Below are positions 1 through 13,035 of a stretch of DNA of 64,000 nucleotides, one piece after another. The DNA is from Mobula hypostoma. Its lineage: Eukaryota. A program made the translations under genes and the position numbers. Every line of letters begins with the position of its first letter. The first letter of the stretch is position 1. The stretch is taken from assembly GCF_963921235.1 (NCBI RefSeq), contig NC_086098.1:237336001-237400000 (forward strand). The letters run 5' to 3'. Below the pieces are notes generated by a model. That model was given only the letters and a program-made list of their open reading frames with translations, searched no databases and was not told the origin of the DNA.

Positions 1-428
1 CTGGCTTAGAGAGTATGCATTATGATCAGAGATTAAGGGAGCTAGGGCTTTATTCTTTGGAGAGAAGGAGGATGAGAGGAGACATGATAGAGGTGGACAA
101 GATAATAAGAGGAATAGATGGAGTGGATAGCCAGCGCCTCTTCCCCAGGGCACCACTGCTCAGTACAAGAGGACATGGCTTTAAGGTAAGGGGTGGGAAG
201 TTCAAGGGCGATATTAGAGGAAGGTTTTTTACTCAGAGAGTGGTTGGTGCGTGGAATGCACTGCCTGAGTCAGTGGTGGAGGCAGATACACTAGTGAAGT
301 TTAAGAGACTGCTAGACAGGTATATGGAGGAATCTAAGGTGGGGGCTTATATGGGAGGCAGGGTTTGAGGGTCGGCAAAACATTATGGGCCGAAGGGCCT
401 GTACTGTGCTGTACTATTCTATGTTCTA
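1..428 (+). mobile_element. CR1 LINE 3' end, very similar to 51890-52320
   Basis: LRELGLYSLERRRMRGDMIEV...FFTQRVVGAWNALP; TTCTATG tail. Confidence 0.92.
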
Positions 429-1372
429 TGTTCTATGCTTTCTCTTACATATTTATAGCAGCATTTCTGGCTGTCTTCGTGCCTCCTGCCACGCCACTCC
501 ATGCGGGATCTAGCTCGGGTAAAAACAAGGTGGCTTGTTTTCCACATGATTTTGGGTGATACTACAACCAGAGCTCATGCATAAGAATAAATAGTGAAAT
601 GTTTAAAGGGAATATGAGGAGAAACTTCTTTACTGAAAGAATGCTGTGGGAAGAGTTACCAGCGGATGTGCTGGATCGGGACAATTTTCTATTTTAAGAA
701 ATTGCGGATAAGTACTTGGAGGGAAGGTAATTGATACCTATGGTCGAGGTGTAGAATGACGGGACGAACCATATTAATAGTTCAGCACAGACTAGATTGG
801 CCGAAGGGTCTCATTATGTGTTGTAGTGCTCTATGACTCACTGACGTCTATGTTTATTTTAATCTGGTCCTCAGCGTTCTGGCATCTTGGTAATTCGTTC
901 GTTATTTTCTCACGCAAAAAATGCGTTTTCCAGCCCTCGACCCCCTTCCCCGCTCAATTTTCATGGCATGTGCCAGTGATATTGAACCTGATTCTAATTC
1001 TGATCTTTACTCTGATGAAAGACCCTCACTGAAGATGAACCTTGTGTGAGAAATCACCTCTCGCTTCTGTTGTCTATGATTCAGTTAATCTCCACCTACC
1101 CCTCATTCCGCCTCCAAATCGAAACTAATTGTTGGATATTGTGTAATAGATGAGAAGAAGTGTCTTCCAAATAAATATTCGGGTTATGTGATTCTGTGTC
1201 AATGATTGTCTCAAAATCTTGAAACCAGTTATTAATTACTTGGATATGGTCCTTTCCCATCAAACCAATCCTGACGTCGGAAGCTAGTCAGTCCAGTTAA
1301 CTCCTCCCTCATGATGATCGCAGGGTCGAGATGACTGTGTTGTGACCGGCACTGATGCAGCTGCGGAGCGTA

Positions 1373-1509
1373 TCATCTCCCCATGGGGATCGGGCGGTGT
1401 TGGCACGGCTTTTGTTGAGCGACTGTTGCACAAACTGCTGCTGTTTTTGTCTTGTTTGTGAAGCGGTCCAGCTGGCCTGGAAACTCGATCGCAGGGAGAT
1501 CTGATATAA
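1373..1509 (-). pseudogene. Possible relic of a terminal tyrosine-motif exon
   Basis: Acceptor GTGTCTTCCAG; ISDLPAIEF...AAVCATV...* resembles eroded YxxI-F and VYATV motifs. Confidence 0.25.
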
Positions 1510-4149
1510 CTGGAAGACACAAATTCTGAAAATAAATCATCGAATAAAAAGTTTACAAAAATTCCAATTAGTTGTTACAAGCGATAAAATTGATTGATGT
1601 CAGAGAATGCCAAATTGCAATTCTGAAAGAGAACGGGGAGAGAAAGAACGAGAGGAGAGAGTGGAACAGAAAAGAGAGACAGGCGGTGCAAAGAGAACGG
1701 AGAGAGATAGAAGGTGAGACGGTGAAAGCATGGGGCAATTCGATCCGAGGACAACACCTATTTCCTGTACTTAGCAGTTATCATCTAGCCAACCGTGCGA
1801 TACATAATTGTTATCTTCAAAAGTCCTTGGGAAAAAGCAACATCTATCTCCCTCACAGCTTGTTGTATTTGGATATTAGGGATACTTGTGTCAGTAACCT
1901 GCGAAAGTTATAATTGATCCTCAATTTTATTCGTTGTTGCTCACGTCAAACATAATTTGTCCTTGTTTCAGTCTCTATCATCAAGAATACTTATCAGAGG
2001 GCCTTGGAATGGTGCTTGATGCATCTCATTGACAACCAACTATAGCACCGATTCCCTGTCCCCATTTTACTAAAAGCCACTTTTTTTGAGTTACAGAGTT
2101 AAACAGCGCAGAAACAGGCCCTTTGGCCCAACTCGTCCATTCTGACCAAGTTGCTTAATTGTGCTAATCCCATTTGCCTGCGTTTGACTAATGTCACCAT
2201 AAAATGTAACTGCCCTGATACATTTTCAACAGCGCAGTTTTACCTTCTTCTTCCACTGCCTCTGGCAGCTCGTTAACCATATCTTCCACTGGTCTTCGGA
2301 TCGAGTTCCGCCATGCTGATCCTGTGGCCTTTGCTTCCCTCGAGCTGAGGGCAGACTTATAAGAACAGATGCGTATCTGACTGAATGATGCCGCACCAAC
2401 TATCTCTCACAGAATGTCATCAAAACCAAAGAGAAGTTTATTGACTGCAGGAGGGGGAATCCGGAGATCTATGTGACAGTCATTAGGAGATCGGAGGAGT
2501 TGTAATTTTTGTCCTGGGTCTAGCGCTTAATTACCATGTAAAAAGAGACACTACAGCACCACCACATTCTTAGAAGTTTGCGAAGAATCGGCATGACATC
2601 CAAAACTTTTACAAACTTCTATGGATGGACAACGTAGAGTATATTTAATGGTTGTATCATGGAAACGCCAATACCCATGAGCAGGAAAACCTACATAGTA
2701 ATGGATAAAGCCTAATCCGCCAGAAGTAAAGCCCTTTCACTTCTGAGCACATCTAAAGGAGCGCTGTCGCAGAAAGCNNNNNNNNNNNNNNNNNNNNNNN
2801 NNNNNNNNNNNNNNNNNNNNNNNNNNNNNNNNNNNNNNNNNNNNNNNNNNNNNNNNNNNNNNNNNNNNNNNNNNNNNNNNNNNNNNNNNNNNNNNNNNNN
2901 NNNNNNNNNNNNTTTATGAAGCATTTCCTGAATGTTTCAGGCCTTCAACTGCTGTAGCTCATCCACTTCAACTTTCGACGTCTTCGGCGTTGATTGACTC
3001 TGTTCTGCACACCACTGTTGTAAGGCGTGGTGAATTGAGTTCGTGTTGCTTTCCTCTCAGTTTGCTTCAGTCTGATCATTCACCTCTGACCTATTTCATG
3101 AGCAAGGCGTTTACTACCACGGAACGTCAGCTCAATTCTTGTGTTTTGCACCATTCTCCGTAAACTCCAGTAATAGTTGTGCGTGAACATTCCAGCAGAG
3201 CAGCGCATCCAGAGGTACTGGAACTACCCCATCTGGCACCAACAATTATTCCGATCAAATTCACTTACAGCTCTTTTATTTCCCATTCTGTCGTTGGTCT
3301 AAACAACAACTGAACCTGAACAACTGAAAGTATGTCTGCATACTTGTATACGTTGAGATGCTCAAACGCGATTAACTGTGTAGATATTTACGTTAATAAT
3401 CAGGCATATAGTTGTACGTAAAAACAAAATGTGGCCACTCAGCGTATTTCTGTGATGTCGAACTACTTAATGGCTAAATCACTGAAGTGCACCCATGTTG
3501 TCTGCTTACTGTTTATTGATTTATTTCGATTTCTTTATTTTTCGTTGGTATTTGCTCAGTTTATTCTCTTTTGCTCACTGGGTGTATTCCTATCTTATTG
3601 GTACGATCTCTTATTGATTCTGTCGTGGATCTTGGATTTTCAGAGCATGCCGGCGAGCAAGTAAATCCTAGGTTTGTATATGATGGTATATATGTACGTT
3701 GATAATAAAATTACTTTGTTTTTTGGAACTTGATCCCAAATCACTTTACTCTGGATTGCTTAAGCAACCGATGCGCTGACATACACAGCTAATCGCCGAT
3801 CTGAGGCCCATTTGCGGATTTCACCACAACTTGTGAAGAGGTTCAGTCTGAGGCCACTGCTGAACACTTTACCTTTGATTCCGATTTTATCTGTCCTCAT
3901 TCTGAACTTTCTCACAATGTAACTCAACCGCCAGCATCAACACCAAGGAAAAAAATCCGCATTCTTTCTAACCAGTCATTACAACCGCGTTTAATCACCT
4001 TAATCAACACTGAAATGTCAATCTCACAAGACAGTTAAACCTATGTTGTGGAACTTCCACATTGCTGGTTTCCGTGCAGCACACATGCAGTCGAAAAGCA
4101 TCAGGGCCTAAACAGGCGCAAAGACTAAAACTCCACTAATATGTGACTC

Positions 4150-4450
4150 AAGGCTATTGGCATACATAAATCAAGAAAGGAAGCCCGCTGATTTAAGATT
4201 TCCGGAAATAAATGCGATCGGAGTCTTTACAATGTTTCCGATGTATTATTCAACTGAATTTTTCAATCAACTCCTGGATATTGCGTGCAGATTTGTTTCT
4301 ATTCAGGAAAAGAATTATTCCATCGGTGAAATCGGAATATTCACAATGTATTAACATCATGCGCAGAATTTGCATGGTATTTATCTATGTCAAAATATTG
4401 CACGGCTCCATTCCCAATGATACCCAGAAAATTTTGAGTCCAAGCGATCT
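4150..4450 (-). mobile_element. Possible Penelope-like RT fragment
   Basis: Frameshifted FRFTDGII and LFPE...ASFLDL, resembling the PLE motifs FRYIDD and YP...SYLDL. Confidence 0.35.
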
Positions 4451-5049
4451 GGAAGTTTTATAAATTAAAGGGTATAGTTCAGGGACTAGGGACTGGCAGG
4501 CCGGCAGTGGGTAGGCAGTTGGACATGGGAAAGGGAGCTACTGGAGGTTCCACAAGTGACCATGTGGCGGTAGCGGAGAACACTAAGGATGTGTCTCTGA
4601 CGAAACATGACAAACCCGTCCAAAACAAGAAACGGTGGGTTTTTATTTCAGTACTCTTTTCACAATTTCAGACACTGTAAGAAGTATAAAGTCGTAAACT
4701 TCTTTGTGCGTAGGCCCTCTTGTAATGAACGGAGCAGTGTAGTTGAATGAGCAGTATGGATCATCTGCTTTCCTCAAATCGTTTCAGTGAGCGCTGTCAC
4801 TACTATACACCGGGAATGAAGAACTATTGTTATTCTAGAGCGAGCATCGGATGAATTAAACCAATCTGCTTCGGCCAGATAAAGTTTCGGTTGTTTGCAC
4901 GATCTAGAAGTGCAATACTGCTAGAGTGCATGCGAAAATGTACCAACTCCGCCAATGCCCTTATATTCATATCCTGCACTGGTTTGTCACCACTGCTGAC
5001 TTCAACACTCTCCTAATTCGGGGTTTGCACAAGAGATTCAATGAGTCAT

Positions 5050-6990
5050 AGAACACCACAGCACAAAAACAGACCGTTTGGTCCGTTTAATCCAAAACAT
5101 TAATCAGCCTAGTCCCATAGCCTCACCCCCCATATCATCCCATTCATGTATCTCTCCAAATTTCTCTTAAATTTTGAAATAGAACTCGCATCCACAACTT
5201 GAGCTGACAGCTCAGTTCACACTCTCACGACCATCTGTAATTTGTGCAGGGGCAATCACCTCGAAACTGCTTTGCCTCAATTCTGTAGACTCTGCGTCTG
5301 TCTCCAAAGAGAATATAGATGCAAAAATAATACCTATAGGATCTCTGACATCTCTTTTGGTTCCACAAATAGATTACCACTCTGATCATCCAGAGGATCT
5401 ATTTTGTCTCTGGCTATCCTTTTGCTTTTAATGTATCTGTTGCAGCTCGGAATGTCCTTCACATTGTCTGCAGGTGCAACCTTGTGCATTCTTTTATCCA
5501 TTCGGACCTCCTTCTTCAGTGTTCTCTTGCATTTCATATACTCCTCAAGTACCTCATTTTTTCATACCTCCCTATACCTACTATGCACCATGTATTAACC
5601 ACGACGACAGCGGGTTCCCTAACCGGTTCTTCCTTGCCCTTTATTCTGACAGGGACATACAAACTATGTATTGTCAAAATTTCACTTCTGAGCGCTTCCA
5701 ACTTACCAATTACACATTCGTCAGAAAACAACCGCCTCACTCCACACTTGCCAGTTACGTTCGTAGACCATTGAAAATTAACGTTCTGCAATTTAGAATT
5801 ACTACCGGAGGACCAGGACTATTCATTTTCTACAATTTCCCTAAAACTAATGGCATTATGATCAGTAGATTGAAAGTATTCTGTACACATTTGTTTCACA
5901 TGTCCCCACCCATTCCCTGGTAGGAGATCCAGTATCTCATTTTGTTTCTCTCTGGGAATCTGCGTACTGATTAAGGAGACTTTCTTAAACAAGCATGTCA
6001 TACTCCTTCCATCCAATTATTTTACTATATGGGAGTCCAAGTCAATCTGTGGAAATGTAAAATAACCTTTGATTACTATCTTCTGTCTCTTGCAACAAAT
6101 TTCAATCTCTCTGTGAATATTCTCCTCCAATTCCCGAGGACGGTTTCGTAACATAAAATATAAACCCATTAAAATGATAATTCCTTCTTATTCCTCAGTT
6201 ATATCCATTAAGCCTTATTGGACGAGCTCCCCAATCCACTCTGACTGAGTCTAATATGACATTTTCCAAGACTGCTAACGCCACCCCTCCCCTTTTAATC
6301 CTTCCCGTTCTATAACGTCTAAAACAGCGGACCCCGGAACACTGAGCTGCTAGTCATGTCCCTCCCGTAACCAAGTCTCACTAATGGCTACAGCATAATA
6401 ATTCCACGTGCTGATCCAGGCCCTAAGCTCAGCCGCCTTTCATACCGTATTTCTTTCAATGAAATATACGCAGCTCAGAACATTAGTCCTGTCACGATGA
6501 ACCTTTTGATTCCCGACTTTGTCTAACACTTTGTATAGCACGAGCAAAACTTTCTGCCAGGATATTAGTCCCCCTCAAGTTCAGTTGCAATCCGTCACTT
6601 TTACAGAGGTCCCACCTTCGCTGGAAGACATACTAAATGATCCAACAATCTGAAGCCGTGTCTCCTGCACAATCTCCTTAACCATGTGTTAAATTGCTGA
6701 ATTTTCTTACGTCTGGCTTACTAGTACGTGACAAGTAGCAATCCTGAGATCAAAACCCTTTGGGCCTCTCCTTTAACTGAGCACCTAACTCACTGATCTC
6801 AATTTTCAGTACCTCGTCACCTGTCCTACCAATGTCTTTGGTACCGATGTTGACCACGATTTCTGACAGCATACTCTTCCACTTCAGAATGCTGTGGACT
6901 CGGTACGAGCTGCCCTCTCCCTGGCATTGGGGGACAAGTTGCCATCCGAGTTCTGGACTACAGAGCGTTCTTTTTGTTCCGCTAGCCAAA
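5050..6990 (-). mobile_element. Degenerate CR1 (ORF1 SGNH and ORF2 fragments)
   Basis: IVVNIGTKDIG motif; ORF2-like fragments. Confidence 0.7.
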
Positions 6991-7639
6991 GAATCTTCAT
7001 TACTATTTATGAACAGTAGTTCACACCGAAGTCAATCACATCACGTTCACAGCATGAATACACTATGACTTATCATGGGATATGTCAGACAGTTTCACGA
7101 CCAATCCAATATGTCTGAACGTACAAAGCCATTTGTCAATGTTTTAAAGTCGTAGAACAAGGTTCAATTCCACGTACCACGATAGATCACCCCAGACAAG
7201 AGCCTGATTGTTTCGCTCTACCCCAGAAACGTGTGGCCGGAAGTGAAATAAGAAATGCTGTGCAGAAATCAAAATTTGTCTTTTATTAGGTGGAAACGAG
7301 TGGGGCCTCATCATATAATAAAAGGACGTTCTAAACCTCGATGCACACAAAGTTACTCATATTGCAGCTTAAGGCTCACAGTAATTTAACATGCAGTTGA
7401 AGCAATGTTCTGCCTTGCTCCGAGAGGTCAGACTGCAAGTAAGAATAATTGATCTCTTGTTTTTTGTTGTCGCTGTTGCTGTTGCTGCCTGTGTTGTTCC
7501 GTGATCATTGTTAAGCTATGTTGGAACCAATGCCTGGTGCAATAAGAACGTCTGCTCTTGTCTCGAACATTCATAAACTTGTGAGAGACACGTTGTAGCC
7601 TAACATTCCCATAATAAGGACATTGACCCACGAGGAGAG

Positions 7640-8390
7640 ATTGAATGCTGTGTTCTCTAGCGTACGAGACAAGGAGATGCGATCATATTAAAAGACAAGA
7701 TACTTTATGAAGCAACAAGGGGGACGCACGGAGCCCGTTTCTTCTGGCTGGGCAGTTAGAAGGTGCGAAACTGGTGTAGCTCCCTGGAAGTGGCAATGCA
7801 AGTCAACAGGGTGGTGAAGAAAACGTTTTGTTTTCATCAGTCGAGGTACTGAGTACAAGAGCTATAAAGTCAGGTTGTAGCTGTTTAAAAGTTTGGTTAG
7901 GCTGAATTTTGCGTGCAATTCAGGCCATTGTGTTCCAGGAGGCATTGGGGAGGTTGCAGAGTAAATGTAGTAAAATAATGACAGGATTAGATTACATTAA
8001 AGATAAGGAGAGGATTAACAAATCCGCTCTGTTTTCTCTGGAGAGTTAGTAGTGGAGGGTGCGGATGATCAAACTTTAAATATCTATCAGGGGAATAGAA
8101 AGAGCAGGCACTCAAAAGAGATACCCATTGTAGGAATATCCTATACTGGAGAGCTTGGCTTTAAGATTAGAGGGAATTGTTTAAAGGAAATGTACATGGA
8201 GTAAATTGTGTACAGAGAGAGTAGTGGGTGCCTGAAAACACTTTTACGGGCATAGATTGAAGTCGGATATTGATGTTTAGGCCTTTTAGATAGGACATAA
8301 ATGTGCAAGGATGGCGTGATATCGAGCACGTGCAAAAAAGAGGAATTAGTTTCATTCGGCATAACAGTCCTGTGTTGTACTGATCTATCT
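7640..8390 (+). mobile_element. Old CR1 3' fragment
   Basis: Degenerate RT C-terminus and 3' region similarity to the CR1s at 1 and 51.6 kb. Confidence 0.6.
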
Positions 8391-9931
8391 TATATATTAC
8401 CGATCGCCTATTCTAATCTCTCTCTCTCTNNNNNNNNNNNNNNNNNNNNNNNNNNNNNNNNNNNNNNNNNNNNNNNNNNNNNNNNNNNNNNNNNNNNNNN
8501 NNNNNNNNNNNNNNNNNNNNNNNNNNNNNNNNNNNNNNNNNNNNNNNNNNNNNNNNNNNNNNNNNNNNNNNNNNNNNNNNNNNNNNNNNNNNNNNNNNNN
8601 NNNNNNCTCACTCTCACTATCCCAGTATTTCAGAATTGTAATCGAATGGAAGTTTTAAAATACTTAATTTCATCGCATGAGAAGCAACAAATTGCAATAT
8701 CTGAAAACGTATTCTTTGGAGTCAATTTGAGGTTCGAAATCTTTCCGCAACTGCACTTCCTCAAAAGAAGACTACTGTGCTCTTCAAAGTATTCACCCGC
8801 ATCCCACCTTTTCATTGAGTTCATTCTGCACTGTCGCCCATTTGGACCCGTCAGCTTCGGTTGGTTGGACTGTCCTGTCAACTATGCCTCCCTTCTCACA
8901 GAGGAAATCCCATCCACGACAATACAATATGGCTCCATTCATTAGTGATATATAGATTTCATCGAACGAGGAGAGATGGAATAGGAATAGCCCACCCTCA
9001 GTGAACTGTCGTTGAACGAAAGCTGAATCTTCGAACAAATCTTGCAGAGGCTTCAAATTGTGTAGGAGCCCATGAATTTTACCTCAGTGTCTTTGCCCTC
9101 TGTTTGCACTACCTAATTTAGAGAGATACAATACATATTTCTTATTGAAATTTGAATAATCTGCCCTTTCTCTCCGGGTCTTCCGGGTAGGGCGATGAAA
9201 AGACATTTATCAAGCAGATTGCTACGATGAAACGAATTATGATCTTGTCAAAGAAAAGGCTATGGGCAGCATCCAGGACATGGAAGGTGCTATGGAAATG
9301 CGAAGTCGTCATGCTCATGGTTGCCCACATTTTTGGAATAGATGCATGAAGCTATCATCAAAACCAAGCCATCTCGGATCGGTAATATTAAAAATCTCTG
9401 CTGACTCTATAAACAGGCAACAAATAAACAGAGCCACAGAATCAGAGAATGACAAAGCAGGGAAAACGGTCTTTCAGCGCAACTGGCCCATGCTGATCCA
9501 GATAGCCCATTCAGGCATATCCGACTTGCCTGTGTTTGACCCATAGCCCTCTAAACATATCCTATGTACGTACCTTTATCTGTCCTTTAAATGTCTCACC
9601 AAGTTCACCCTTTTTGTAAAAAAGATACCCCTAAAATTCGTACTCTCTTACTCCTTCGCTTGACACCTCTGCCCTCAACTTCTTGATAATCAAACTCTGT
9701 GAAAGAAGTCATTCACCATATATTTGAATCTCGTGATTTTATACGCCACGATAAGATCACTTCGCAGTCTCCCATGCTCCAAGGAATGAATTTCTGGCCT
9801 ATCTAATGTATGCCTGAAACTCGCCCGCGAGATCCAGCATCCTTATAAACCTTTAATACACTCTTCCTAGTTTAATAACGTATCTCCTATAGCAGGACTA
9901 AAACTGAACGCAGTACTCTAAATGCCAGCGT

Positions 9932-10464
9932 CACTCAGTGGCTTCCTTATTTGTACACCTTGTCGTTAGTTCAAACATCTAGTCAGCTAATCACGTGGTC
10001 GTAATTCAATGCATTAAAGCATGCAGACCTGGTCAAGACGTTCAGTTGCTTTTCTTACCAAATATCAAAATGGGGAAGACATGTGATCTGAGTGACCTTG
10101 CCTCTAGAATGATTGTTGGGTGGGTAAATGAACGCTGAATCTCCTGATCTCCTGGGATTTTCATGTACAAAATTCTCTAGAGTTTAGAGAAAAATCTACG
10201 AAAAGCAAATAAACTCATCTTAATGGGCTGTTCTGTGGGCGCAATCGCCTTGTTAATGAGCGAGGTCAGAGGAGAATAGCGAGAATGGTAGAAGCAGACA
10301 GGAAGGCGGTAATACCTCAAGTAACACGCGTTACAACAGTGGTGTGCATAAGAGTGATCTGAACGCACAGGACGTCGAAACCGGAGGTGAATAAAGCTTC
10401 AAGACCACGAACAAACATTTAGTGACCACTTTACTAGTACACACAATAAAGTAGCCACTGAGTA
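9932..10464 (+). mobile_element. Non-autonomous/deleted Tc1-mariner element
   Basis: Inverted termini CACTCAGTGG... / ...AATAAAGTAGCCACTGAGT; internal degenerate transposase N-terminus. Confidence 0.7.
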
Positions 10465-10844
10465 TATGAAAACTAACGTTCCAAAAGTAATTGCAGATGA
10501 ATTCTGCACCTGCAATGAGATGAGGCTTGAAGGAGTAAAACGCCGATGTCAGTAGCAACTCGTACGGAGCAAAGGAATGAATTGCTGATAATGTTTCAAA
10601 CCCAAGGCCTCTCCTACTTAGCCGATAAACACCAGTCCTCCAACTCTCCACAAAGTGAAAACGGTCCACTAAAGATCAAGAAAGCTGCATCTATTTGAAT
10701 GACGCACTTTTATTCTGATCGGCGCAATTTAGAGATTTTAGAAAAGGTACCGTCCTCTGAGCTGTATGTTGGGAAACACGAACTCATAGTTGTTACTAAA
10801 CAACAAAAAAGGGAGAGAGGCTAACAGAATGGGGTGCCAACCCA

Positions 10845-10878
10845 CACACAGACACACACACGCGCGCGCGCGCACACA
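10845..10878. repeat. (CA)n(CG)n alternating purine-pyrimidine tract
   Basis: Direct reading. Confidence 0.9.
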
Positions 10879-11795
10879 GTACTGAGGGAATTCAGAAAAT
10901 CAAGGATTACATATGGAGGGAAATCTCCAGCATCGTGTGTGTTCTACTCCAGATTTCCAGCAACTGTTGAATATTTGTTTTTGATAAGAATGGACTAGTG
11001 GCTGATTGCAAGACTGGAGTGGTAGGAGGGCGGCCGTAAAGATAATCCCTGATAAACCCACCATGGAATTCTGGGAACTACAGTCTGAAAGTGGGAAGAA
11101 CGCGGAACGCTGGAAATGGTGAACAGCAGAAGTGAATTTAATACGCAGATGGTTTGTCACATGAGAAAGCGAGAAAAGGAAGCAGATGTTGATGGGTGGG
11201 ATGGAGAGAGGTGAGTGCGTGTTACTGCGGAACAGAAGCACTGATAGATCATCTGCATCGACAGTGCCACGCCCGGTTGCTAAAGGGTGAGGCTTGGGCA
11301 TGGGATTAGCATAGTCATTCCGTTAAAACCCCTCGCCTTAGAAACGCCAACAGAAGTTCCAGAAGCCACGTCCCTGGTAGAGCAAGGATCTTCGGAGATG
11401 GGATGTACTTGGGGATAGTTTGAAAGGCTGCCACATGACAGAGGATTTTTGAAATATGCTGTCAGTGGCCTATGATGTAGTAGNNNNNNNNNNNNNNNNN
11501 NNNNNNNNNNNNNNNNNNNNNNNNNNNNNNNNNNNNNNNNNNNNNNNNNNNNNNNNNNNNNNNNNNNNNNNNNNNNNNNNNNNNNNNNNNNNNNNNNNNN
11601 NNNNNNNNNNNNNNNNNNNNNNNNNNNNNNNNNNNNNNNNNNNNNNNNNNNNNNNNNNNNNAATCAGCCAAATATATCTTCTACGTTGTAGATATTTTGC
11701 AGGAGCCCTTATTGCAGGAAGTCATCTTTCAGGGTGCAGACATAAAATACTGAACGAACTCAGAACTCAGGCAGAGCATTTGCGGAGGAATAAAC

Positions 11796-11819
11796 GTTTC
11801 GTGTTAGGCCTTTCATCAG
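11796..11819 (-). ncRNA. Hammerhead-ribozyme core motif in a Penelope-type terminal repeat
   Basis: CTGATGA-AAGGCCTAACAC-GAAAC; degenerate copies at 21792-21815 (-) and 38023-38048 (+). Confidence 0.45.
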
Positions 11820-12165
11820 GACGGATGAATTTGACATGAGGTACGAAGAATGAAATAAACTTACTTTTCAATTTAAAGGGCAACTGCTGGTTTTGGACTG
11901 AAATAGCCACGTTGTGCCAAGGACGAATCGGTGCTCGAGAGAGATTTGACCTTCAGTAACAAGACAACCAATCAGCCCCTGATACAAAGGCAGCAGGGCG
12001 TGCTGTCATCAGAGATGTCCAGTGAATTTCTACCGTGAAACTTGCAGACAGACTCATTCTCAATGCATCTATCTCATACTCAGACGCTTCAAATACTGAC
12101 AAACAGTTGCAGCTACAGTTAAGGCATGAAATGGAAAATGCAACCGAACTGGAGTCTCTTTGTGG

Positions 12166-12462
12166 TGTTACGTACCCCGTAACTGGGTTGCCAAACTAGC
12201 AGAAATGGACCACTTCGTTGGAGTCTGGTTTAACAGAAACTTATAAAGTTTTATTAAAGAAATAAGTAACACAGTACGGTAATTGTAAGGATATATATGC
12301 AACAGGTTAGCAATGATAAAACACGCATATACACAGAAACTAGGGTAATAGGAATCAAGCAAGCTTTATCGCAGTCCAGGGGTGAAATGATCAGTCACAA
12401 GTGACGCAGAGCTTAGTTCAGCTTAGTACACTTCGCAGTTATCGCTGTTGTGCCGTTGGAGA

Positions 12463-12516
<54 letters not shown>

Positions 12517-13035
12517 TGATTCAGCAGACTTTAATGTTCTTCGCAGTTGGCTTTCGGGCAGACCCTTTTTTATGTCTTCTGTGGTCACCGACTGTGACTC
12601 CTCCGTTTCCGGATACGACCGTTCTTCCGCGGTGAACCCGATACCCAGGGGCAAGGGCGGACACACACAGCAGGTTCCCGCCGATCGTATCTTTTCACCC
12701 TGTGCGTCTATGGTCGGTTACCGCGACCAGACCTCCAAACTACAACCACTTGTGGGGGCACACCGCTCTTCCAGGGTCTCGTTATCACGTGATCTCGTGG
12801 TGTGCGTCGTGCCTTAGCGAACCTGTTCTTTTTATCCCCCTGCTGGGGTATCGCCTGTCCATCAAACTTCAAGCAGTTCAGGTTCAAAGCAATCGGTCTG
12901 TCAATATCTGAAATGTGTTTCTTTCTCGTTAATCTCATCTCTCTCTTCTCTCATTAGCATTTTGAATGTTTCTCCATTGTCTCCCTTATCTCTCTCATCA
13001 GCATCAATCTTCTGATAACTTTTTTTTTTCTCACA
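12166..13035 (-). repeat. 3' LTR with (GA)n tract
   Basis: TG...CA termini; direct repeat of 16289-17160. Confidence 0.9.

Noticed and set aside
1572-1913. Charged E/R-rich ORF
   Set aside because: Product of a purine-rich low-complexity tract.
8301-8945. ORFs spanning N runs (also 2712, 11456, 59430)
   Set aside because: Artefacts of assembly gaps.
10900-11301. 133-aa minus-strand ORF as a host gene
   Set aside because: Mostly overlaps a common elasmobranch repeat; no domain motifs.
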